From a virus: a DNA stretch of 64,000 nucleotides. The notes under the pieces are model-generated. The model ran no database searches. It worked only from the letters and a program-made list of their open reading frames with translations, and was not told the DNA's origin. Position numbers and translations under genes: made by a program. The stretch lies in the IMG/VR virus record IMGVR_UViG_3300006903_000012, one strand, 5' to 3'. This document shows, piece after piece, positions 1-8,088 of the stretch; within the stretch, counting starts at the first letter, position 1, and the number at the start of each line of letters is the position of its first letter.

Positions 1-377
1 CTTGTCACATCGGCATCAGATGCTTTATATGGATCAGGTCTCTTTTGTCTCATCTTCCCGGCATGTGTTCCTTGATCGTGCTTGCCGGGAAAGTGCTTTT
101 CCGATAACGATTTCTGATTCTGCTTAGCAACAAATGCTAACAATTCATCAGGATCAATTTCTATTTCTCCGCCACCGAAATTATGTGCGCCAAGATGCGC
201 TTCTGGAATCGATTTCTCGTGCTTGAAATACTCGACTTCAGCCAGACGCTTTGTGGCCCAGTCTTTACTAGGTCCGCAACCTAGATTTCTTTTTCCGTCT
301 TCACTAACCACACACCACTGATTGCCTTTTTTCTTAATCCGCTTTTCAACCAACTCGCTGATTACAAAGTCGGCCAT
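1..377 (-). CDS. virion-module protein; only the N-terminal ~125 codons are present because the gene runs off the left window edge
   Basis: Hand translation. The ATG at 375-377 overlaps the stop of the portal fusion by 16 nt and the frame stays open to coordinate 1 (MADFVISELVEKRIKKKGNQW...). It is missing from the ORF track because it has no stop in the window. It carries KHFPGKHDQGTHAG. Confidence 0.65.
   Translation of the reverse strand, partial: MADFVISELVEKRIKKKGNQWCVVSEDGKRNLGCGPSKDWATKRLAEVEYFKHEKSIPEAHLGAHNFGGGEIEIDPDELLAFVAKQNQKSLSEKHFPGKHDQGTHAGKMRQKRPDPYKASDADVT
57..98 (-). repeat. His-rich linker motif copy (KHFPGKHDQGTHAG)
   Basis: Direct translation of the minus strand. One of 8 copies of K-H-x-[PA]-G-x-H-[DN]-Q-x-x-H-[AG]-[GR]. 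Confidence 0.9.
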
Positions 378-3300
378 GTTTTGTCATCCTCAATTCGTCC
401 TAAAATTTCATAATGTTGCCGACCTACTGGCCGAGCTTGAATTTTTTGCAGCCAATTTTCTAAGGCTTGATTTGAATTGAACGCCATCACATCTGTTATT
501 TTTGTAACCGGATCGCCAGCGTTATCAACTTCTTCTTTGACACGCACCGTTCGTCCGTCTATTTGTAAATTCTTCAGTCGCTTTAATTTCTCAAAATTTC
601 CACGATTGAAGAAATTCAAATCCGGCGGGCGTCCATCATCTGGATCATGTACACCAGAATAACCAGTGCCAGTATAGAACGCTTTCTGCTCTAGCTCAGA
701 ATATTTAGAATCATATTCATCCATCCACATTCTCAAAGACAGATGATTAATACTATTAACATGAACACTTTGATCTGGTAAATCTACATCATCAAAATAA
801 AAATAACCTTTGCCTTTAACAAGTTCTGTTTTCGTCCTGCCCGTAACCTTCAGTGCTCGATTAACTTGAGCAACTGTTTTAGGAGTTTTACTGAAATCCA
901 TTCCTGATTCTTTTTCCAAATTTCCTGCATGAGTCTTCTGATCGTGTTTGCCAGCTTGGTGTTTAACTAAAATCTCATACCCATCTTTTTGTAACTGTCG
1001 CGCCGCTTGTTTCAACTCACCTTCAACAATAAGACTCTTAACAACTATTGGCAACTCATCATCGAAATCATATTTCCCATTATTACTCTTTACGACTGAT
1101 CGAACTAATGCCGGCATCTCAGGTTTGTAATATTCAAACCCATAATGCAGCACCATGTCTAAAAAGTCTTCATAGTAACGCTTCAAGTTCTCGTCATTGA
1201 CCGATTGTAGATCTTCTGTCTTAGCCCGGTCTTTGATAAACTGCTCAAATTCTTTTCGATATTGTCCGGGGATTTTTTCAGCATAGCTATCAAATCCCAA
1301 AAGTGATTTTTCAGTCTTGGAATTACCAAAAAGATAAAACTCTTTTTCATTTCCCAGATACAACCACACCCCAAACACATCCCATGTTACTGCTAATTCT
1401 TTCTCAGCCCCCATTGAAGTTAACTGGTTATCTGAAACTGTTACATGGGGTTTATATCCGCCCGCTTCCCACGTTCGATCTGGTGCCTGCCCATTCGACA
1501 ACAAACCCGCCACCAAATCATCATGTAGATGTTTTAGGGCGGGTGTGATTTTGACTTCTGCCACAGACACTTCTTGCAGGGTTATTATAGTGCCGGTCAG
1601 GTTGAGTGTCAAGGATTTTTGATCGTATTCAGAACACACTTTTTCGATAGTTTTTCTTATCGCCAGTGAGTCAAAATACCGATCCATTTTTCCTAAGTAA
1701 ACTAGTGTGATATGTGGCTCAGACTTTTTGAAATCTAACAGGTTAACTATCTCATTCGGGACCGATAGAGCAATCATACAGGTATCATCATGCTCAGCTT
1801 TTTCTTCAACTATCTTCGACCCTTTGATTCCCTTAGCTCCAAAAATCTTGGCTCGGCCCGCTCGGATATCATCTATCGGCAAATCACCTACATCCACCAA
1901 AGCCGCTTCAACATACTCATCGGCATCGGTGCCCCATACAATTCCTGCATAAGCATAATTGCCGCCGAGCACATCTATCTCACTGTCACTAATTACCGGC
2001 ACCAGACTATATTGTTGTAGATAATGCTGCGCATCGGCTACACTATCAAACCGAGACCGCTTACCAATTTGATCGGGCTGACCCCATGAATTCATGGGAA
2101 GAGATTTTTCTTTAATGGTTGTGCGATATGTTTTGTCGCCTTCTGGATCCTTCCAATCTGAAACAACCTTAACCTTTGTATTGCCTGGAACACCGAAATA
2201 CTCAAGTCCACTCAAAGCTGATTTTAGATTCTGATAGGCCCGATCTTCATTATTTCCAGCTCCCATCTGACCAAAGGCTGAACCGATCCACGGATCACCT
2301 CCCTCGGTATCTACTAGAACAAGCCGAACTGCTCGATTAAATGCCGCCTGTGATAACTCGGCACTATATGCAAGCTCATGGTGACTTGTATCATTCTCAA
2401 TCTGGCGACCCGCATACCACTTTCCATCTACTTTAATTAATAAAAGATTGAGATGTTTCTTAATTTCAGACTTTGTCGGGTGCCAGAACTTGTCTCGTTG
2501 ATAGCTCCCGGGACCAAGCTCTGAGTAATATGACACACTGGGTTTACTAAATTTGTGCTCAACCGCAGGTTTACCAATATCTTCTGGCACAGGAGTAGAA
2601 GAAAGAGCGCCGGCATGCTTTTTCTGATTATGCTTTCCCGGTTGGTGTTTCTCAACTGCTTTCTTATTTTCAGCAATAATTCGTTGCGTCTCTTGTTCCA
2701 GAATTTCTTTCAGCTTCGCATTCGACTCATCACCGTTCCAATAATGTCCGCCATCTTTCAAAAAGTCTTCGAATTCTTTTGGGTTCGACTGCAAGTTGCA
2801 ATGGCAAGTCATGGGATGCGCCGGTGGATGTTGTGTTGTCTCACCGTCGAACACCGTTTCATACTCAAAGTCTAAAGGCACAAATCCTTGCTCTTCATTT
2901 TGAGTACAAATATCACACACATCGTACCCACGCGTGATCCAACCTTTAGTCTTCAATCCCACTGCTGTCATTTGATCTAGAGTCGCCCGAGAATCAGCCC
3001 AATTCAATTCCGTATTTACAATTGAACGAATGCGCGACTCACTTAACTTACCAGCATCTTTCTTAAATTTCAAACCAAAAAGATTCGCCTGGATATAATC
3101 GACAATTTCTTCGCTGCTCAAACCATTATCATAACCAGTCAAAATATTTTGCCGAAGGAAATATTTTGTTCCACTATCGACATGCTGAACTAATGTGGCT
3201 GCTCGTGCATCTAACAGATCAATCACCGACGGATTAGTCAGAATGAACTGAAATTCTTTTGGTAACGTCAGTCGATCAGCCAAACCCGCTTCAAACATTT

Positions 3301-5438
3301 GCTGCTGAATATCTTGAACAGCCGTCAGAGAGCCTTCAGAATATGCTTGCCGCAAAATATCTAACAACTGATCTTGAATATCAGGCAGACAATACCAATC
3401 TTGCTCATTTAGAATATCGTCGAGTTTTTCAGATGCGGTAATTTCCGCTTTTTCTATTAAATCAATTTTAGATTTTTCTTCATGGTTAATATTCCATTCC
3501 CAGATCTTTCCAGTTTTTGTTTCAGATATGATCTTACCCCCAAGAGCTTCGTTCATTGAATTTGGCCGAATATTACCATGCTCAACATAAGCTCTAACAG
3601 AGTTAATACCCGACGATGCAAGTAACTTAAATATAGCATTTGCTGTTTCTTTTCCAAATCCAGAACCAGAACGTGACGAATCTATTCGATTGAAGTAGGC
3701 ATAATCACGATCATTATTGGGTAACTCTACTGTTGCAGTTACTACTATATCATCTTTAGGAAGTGCATTTTCTAACCAATTTTCTTTTCTTAACCTATCG
3801 TTTATTTTAGCATCAAAGAAGAGCCTGTCGCCGGATTGAGTAACAGTTATGTCTAACCTATCTGTGTGAATTTTACTGGGAATATTATCTTTTTTACCAT
3901 ACTCACCAGCATGTGATTCTTGATCGTGCTTGCCGGGGAGGTGTTTTTGTATTTCGTTATCTAACTCAACCAAACTTTTATACTCTTCAAGCGGCGCAAC
4001 TAATTCTTCCAAATGCTCAATAGTTAACTGATTACCGACTTGCTTAAAAGACTCTTGCAGTAATTTGCTAAACTTCTTAACTGTCTCACTTGAGTTTCTT
4101 AATTGCTTGCCGTCCGCTAACAAATCTTCCGCCAGCGATTTAGCATATTGTTGCATCTCGCTGTAAGCACTGTCTATTTGATCGAGAGCTTCAGGTTTGT
4201 TAGCATCTTCTTGCAGGCCACCGATCGCTTCAGTATCTTGATCGATAGAATCCAGACTATCACTAGGGAAACTATCCATACCTTCAAGCCCCGGAGCCGC
4301 TGGTAACCCGCTTGTTTTCACGTCAATAATTTTCCACGCCTCAGCTTGTTTCTGAGCATCAATCGGTTTCAAGATCGGTTGATTACCAGTCAAAGTCATT
4401 AGCATCGTTGCACGTTTACCAGCCAGATCTGCTTGCACACTCGTCTCGCCGGTCATATCAATTTTGAACTTGAACTTGAACCCAGATGCAGTCGACATCA
4501 GAATCTTTGTATTAATGAGATCCTCGACTAATTGAGCATAGAAACCAGTGCCCGCTCGCGACGATACTTTTGAAGACGCTTCCACACCCGCCAATGTACG
4601 ATCATGCTCAAAGATTCGCAAATCGCCAATTGACAATCCAAACGCAGCACACACCATTTCAGCAAAACGTTTGAAATTCTCAATCATATTCACATCAGCC
4701 GGCGAAAGAGTTAATGGAATAAATCTCGCCGGCTTTGTGTGATCGTACAACAGTGGCATTTTCATGGGATCAATGTCATTCCACATTTCGCGGAAACCTG
4801 TTGCCCATGCGATTGCTTCTGCTTCAGACATATCCATAACATCCAAAATCCCAGCCATCGGTGTGTTACCCAATTGCTTGAGATAATAAAGATAGATGCG
4901 CGAGAGAGCTTCAATCGATAAAAATGCACTTTCAACTGGCGCTTCTTGAAATACTTTGCGAGTCAAATCAGTTCGTGGTTGAGTAATCAAACGAATCACA
5001 TCGCCACGACCAAAATAAACTCGATCTAATCCATTATAGGGATTGATCTGTACAAACGGAATGTCGCGATCATAGGTGGGGTATAATGTTTCACCATCAA
5101 TATGATAGAGACCACCAATGATTCCGTCCATTTCAGGATTCGCCACAACTTCAGCATTTCCCGCAATGGGGAGAATTAGAGCATCTTGCAGCATGCGCGA
5201 CAACCATACGTCCCAACCATCACCATCATCTGCATCCGCCAGAACTTTCTCGAGATACATTTTCATCTCGCCTTGTTCTTCTGGCTTATCACTAACTATT
5301 TCCCATTCCAAAGATACAAGTTCGCGCAAGATATGCCGAATACAAAGCTTTGTAATCGGCTCCGTCGCAACTTGATACTTCCACTGAGCTACCGACAAGC
5401 GAGTTGGGTTAGCTAAATAAAGCGGTTGCAATTTGTTA
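362..5438 (-). CDS. portal protein fused to MuF-like, GNAT-like, repeated-module and 2H-phosphoesterase-like domains (exon 2 of a split gene)
   Basis: Continuous 1689-codon ORF. The N-terminal ~380 aa look portal-like. Downstream lies an SPP1 gp7/Mu F-like head-morphogenesis domain ending in HPMTCHCNL. There is no ATG or SD at the track start (TTG 5431); see the intron and exon 1 features. Confidence 0.8.
923..964 (-). repeat. His-rich linker motif copy (KHQAGKHDQKTHAG)
   Basis: Direct translation. Confidence 0.9.
1325..1785 (-). other. 2H phosphoesterase (LigT-like) domain inside the portal fusion
   Basis: Two H-x-T/S-x motifs at typical spacing: EPHITLVYLG and YKPHVTVSD. Confidence 0.55.
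2100..2540 (-). other. repeated ~130-aa module (copy in the portal fusion)
   Basis: ...KWYAGRQ...HHELAYSA...VRLVLV...AYQNLKSALSGLEYFGVP...TTIKEKSL aligns by eye with three segments of ORF 8085-10835. Confidence 0.5.
2609..2650 (-). repeat. His-rich linker motif copy (KHQPGKHNQKKHAG)
   Basis: Direct translation. Confidence 0.9.
2790..3260 (-). other. Mu F / SPP1 gp7-like minor head protein domain
   Basis: ...SRIRSIVNTELNWADSRA...GWITRGYDVCDICTQNE...HPPAHPMTCHCNL resembles the family, including the C-terminal HPxCxC-type motif. Confidence 0.65.
3490..3860 (-). other. possible GNAT-type acetyltransferase domain
   Basis: RSGSGFGKETANAIFKLL...VRAYVEHGNIRPNSMNEALGG resembles the GNAT motif A (R/Q-x-x-G-x-G/A) and the downstream N...S...G segment. 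Confidence 0.35.
3905..3946 (-). repeat. His-rich linker motif copy (KHLPGKHDQESHAG)
   Basis: Direct translation. Confidence 0.9.
4310..5438 (-). other. portal domain
   Basis: Size, position at the head-module start, and general portal-like pattern (...EPITKLCIRHILRELVSLEWEIV..., ...ILDVMDMSEAEAIAW...). The family was not verified. Confidence 0.55.
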
Positions 5439-5699
5439 CAAAGTCTTACAGACCTTTGAGTAAGTCATTTCTGCTCACTTCTTGCAATTCCTATTTCTTG
5501 CAAGTTCAGACTATATCATTATCTTTCTTCAAGATAGTTCCCACATAGTCGTTACACACTTCCGCAGATGCGGGTTGGCTCGGTATTTGGACTCTCACCA
5601 TTCACCGAATTCGAGAACTGTTACAACATCCATTACTGGATGAAGCCGCCAAGTTGACGGGTTAAGTAGGGGGGCGGTTGCTGTATACTCGTCGGCGCA
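5439..5699 (-). mobile_element. ORF-less group I intron (~261 nt) in the portal gene
   Basis: On the minus strand: R-like GUGUAACGACUAUGUGGG (5540-5557), and S-like GAUAUAGUC (5509-5517) pairing with it as P7. P3 is CCUAC (5666-5670) with GUGGG. A GNRA hairpin lies at 5627-5642, P8 at 5520-5536, P9 at 5481-5504. P1 is GUCGGU/GCCGAC (5691-5705) with U.G at the splice site. The terminal G is at 5439. Splicing restores the frame. Confidence 0.7.
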
Positions 5700-5731
5700 A
5701 CCGACTTCTGTACAATAAGTTCATCTGCCAT
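5700..5731 (-). CDS. portal gene exon 1 (MADELIVQKS + 2 nt)
   Basis: The ATG at 5729-5731 lies 8 nt after AGGAG (5740-5744). The 32 nt end in GU and join to U at 5438 to give V-NKLQPLYLANP in frame. Confidence 0.6.
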
Positions 5732-6593
5732 CAATATTTCTCCTGAGAAATAATTTCTCAACCCGAGCAACTTGCTCTTTTGTGTTCTTCAAAAGTTTTG
5801 TATCCCAAATCACAATAACCTTATACCCTGCATCTTTATATGCTTGAATTCTTTTCTTATCTCTTGGATTATCTTTCGCATGCCAGTAGACACCAAAAAG
5901 CTCAACAATTATTTTCTTATTGGTATTTACAAAATCTGGGTTAAACCTATTTACCCAAAATGCACCGTTACCCACATATCTAAAACCAAATCGCTTTAGA
6001 TATCTCATCAGAAGTTTTTCTGGTTTATTTGGACTTCTAGGTTCTAATCGTTTCTCAATAACTGCATCTTTCTCACTATCTGACAAACCATCCCAATATT
6101 TTCTGAGTGATTTAGAAAGTTTATCTGACCTGAGTTGCTTAGCTTTCCTTGGTGTACGCAACCAAGTTTCGGTAACAGATTGCGAAATCTTTTTAGCTAT
6201 TTCTTGTTCTTCCTCGGCAGTTCGTCTTTTGTGTACTCGCTTAATCGCTTTCGACAAACTTTTACGAAATTCAGCATCACGCTCAGGAGTAAAGTTTCTT
6301 CTGGCTTCCGCTGATTTCCTACCAATTCGTTGTCTTTCTTCTATCGGTACCTTAGCATGTCTTTTCTTTTGAATCCTTGAAATTCGAGCACAAACTTCGG
6401 CAGAGTATTTATTGCCCTTGTTGGGCGATGGTCGACCCAAATTCTGGACAGACAGCAGAAACTTAGTCTCATCACTCATCACTCGACCGTTGTGATGATT
6501 GATAAATCGTCTTCCAAAATTCGCTCGTTCACCACATCCACATAGACACAACGGTCCTTTTTTAGATTTAGACTTTTGTTTTCGGCCTGCCAT
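5721..6593 (-). CDS. free-standing homing endonuclease, Vsr-like PD-(D/E)xK nuclease C-terminal domain
   Basis: N-terminal CLCGCGERANF...HHNGR Zn-finger-like motif, then basic helical repeats. The C-terminus FNPDFVNTNKKIIVELFGVYWHAKDN...VIVIWD resembles the Vsr / EDxHD-type endonuclease core. The stop lies inside portal exon 1. Confidence 0.65.
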   Translation of the reverse strand: MAGRKQKSKSKKGPLCLCGCGERANFGRRFINHHNGRVMSDETKFLLSVQNLGRPSPNKGNKYSAEVCARISRIQKKRHAKVPIEERQRIGRKSAEARRNFTPERDAEFRKSLSKAIKRVHKRRTAEEEQEIAKKISQSVTETWLRTPRKAKQLRSDKLSKSLRKYWDGLSDSEKDAVIEKRLEPRSPNKPEKLLMRYLKRFGFRYVGNGAFWVNRFNPDFVNTNKKIIVELFGVYWHAKDNPRDKKRIQAYKDAGYKVIVIWDTKLLKNTKEQVARVEKLFLRRNIDGR

Positions 6594-6622
6594 AATAGAC
6601 TAATCTCTTTTCACCAATAAAT

Positions 6623-7075
6623 TTATACCGGCAGAATCGCCACAATTTTTACTCTAAATGTATCTTCACTAATTGTCTGAGTCACGGTAAATCTAGTCCG
6701 TCGACTAGCACCCCGAAGTGTCAAGGTCGCTGAAGAAGCAAACATCGCAACCCCAGCCACATCCCATCGCAATAAAAATTCATCATCAACCTGTGATCGG
6801 TGCACTAATTCTTTCGACCAATCTGTATAACTATATGTAATTTCTTCAGGTTCAGAGTCTTCGACAGAAACACTATGTGATCGAAATAATTTTGTAGTTG
6901 AATCGACTAACGCAGAATTTGCAGATCCAGATAAAGCTGCAAATAAGTTAGGATAATTCTTTCTAACCTGGGCCGCATGTTGACCTAAATCCATCAGCGC
7001 TTCATCATAAGCCACTTCACCCGAAAAGACTTTCTCTAAAGCTGCTAACACCGCATCTAATTCTTTATTTGCCAT
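6623..7075 (-). CDS. hypothetical protein (head module)
   Basis: 150-aa minus-strand ORF between polyvalent genes. No motif recognised. Confidence 0.6.
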   Translation of the reverse strand: MANKELDAVLAALEKVFSGEVAYDEALMDLGQHAAQVRKNYPNLFAALSGSANSALVDSTTKLFRSHSVSVEDSEPEEITYSYTDWSKELVHRSQVDDEFLLRWDVAGVAMFASSATLTLRGASRRTRFTVTQTISEDTFRVKIVAILPV

Positions 7076-7104
7076 ATAATATTTTCTCGATTCAATCTAT
7101 CGTC

Positions 7105-8088
7105 TTATAAATTAGATTTCTCTTTAATAAAAAATGCCGATGCAGGAGGTGTCGGTTCGTCCGAATATCCTTCCCAATCATCGGGAGTTTTATCACTTAA
7201 AAAATTAGTTAGGAATTCTGCACGTTTTGGATATCGTTCAGAAAAATAATCAGGAAGAGTGTAAAACAATTCAACTGACGTTGCAAAATCTTCTGACAAA
7301 TTAGTCTTACTTAGATGTGCAGAATGGATTTGTCTAGCGTTTTTCTTCTCACTATTGATTACATTTTTCCAAAGCTTAGATCTGCTAAAACTTAAAGAAC
7401 CCTTACTGGCACCCATTGCAGCGTCCAAATTATGTGCCAACTCGTGAATCGCTGACCGTTCATCGGTATAATTCAAAACTGGTGGATGAGAGTCTTGTTC
7501 TTCAAGTGGACGACTCACTACGGAAAATGTCCCAGCAATTCCAGTAACAAACCCTTTCTTTCTAGAAAAAACTCTCTTCCTATATTTAGAAATTTCATTC
7601 TTTGCCCAAGACGGAAATCTTCCTAAAGCCTGCTCATAAACCGCTGCATCGTTCTCGTAAGTCGCAAAATTTCTAACCATCGAACCAGCATGCGTTTTCT
7701 GGTCATGCTGGCCGGGCAAATGCTTTCCAATACTTCCACTTGTCTCTTTCCGGCCCACTAACATCTTCAATCGCCCCTTCGGCGTCAATAGCAACGTCCG
7801 AGTTGTACCACCTGCACTACCATTACTTGTTTCTAACTGCTCAACTAAACCTTGTCGCACTAATTCGTGAATCTCATTTTTGTGCTGCATCCAATAAACA
7901 TCTGAAAGTGCGTGACCTTCAGTTTCTATTTTGTAGAGAATTTCAGATTCGAAATTAGATTGGCCGAGTTGAGATTCGTCGATATTAGACTTTTCAACAG
8001 ATGCTCGTCTCTTCGGATCATGCAAAGAATGTATCTCAGTAACTAAATCAAGAACATAGTTCCCATCGCTATCAGTATAAATTTTCAT
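7105..8088 (-). CDS. zincin-like metallopeptidase with N-terminal domain and His-rich linker
   Basis: HExxH (IHELAHNLD) with a downstream EDFATSVELF as a possible third ligand region. KHLPGQHDQKTHAG lies between the two halves. There is a 4-nt overlap with the upstream gene. Confidence 0.6.
   Translation of the reverse strand: MKIYTDSDGNYVLDLVTEIHSLHDPKRRASVEKSNIDESQLGQSNFESEILYKIETEGHALSDVYWMQHKNEIHELVRQGLVEQLETSNGSAGGTTRTLLLTPKGRLKMLVGRKETSGSIGKHLPGQHDQKTHAGSMVRNFATYENDAAVYEQALGRFPSWAKNEISKYRKRVFSRKKGFVTGIAGTFSVVSRPLEEQDSHPPVLNYTDERSAIHELAHNLDAAMGASKGSLSFSRSKLWKNVINSEKKNARQIHSAHLSKTNLSEDFATSVELFYTLPDYFSERYPKRAEFLTNFLSDKTPDDWEGYSDEPTPPASAFFIKEKSNL
7684..7725 (-). repeat. His-rich linker motif copy (KHLPGQHDQKTHAG)
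   Basis: Direct translation. Confidence 0.9.

Noticed and set aside
5429-5431. TTG start of the portal ORF as given by the track.
   Set aside because: There is no SD-like sequence upstream, and the frame is open for 11 more codons upstream to a TGA. An AGGAG-ATG pair plus group I intron core elements give a better model (exon 1 at 5700-5731). The TTG start is kept only as the null hypothesis.
6623-7075. The idea that the 150-aa ORF is exon 1 of the portal and that the endonuclease ORF sits inside the intron (5' splice site after CCGGU at 6627).
   Set aside because: It also gives an in-frame junction, but the pairing with GCCGAC has a mismatch. It would need a P1 loop holding the whole 873-nt ORF. 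It also ignores the perfectly placed SD/ATG at 5729-5744 and the perfect GUCGGU/GCCGAC helix at 5691-5705.
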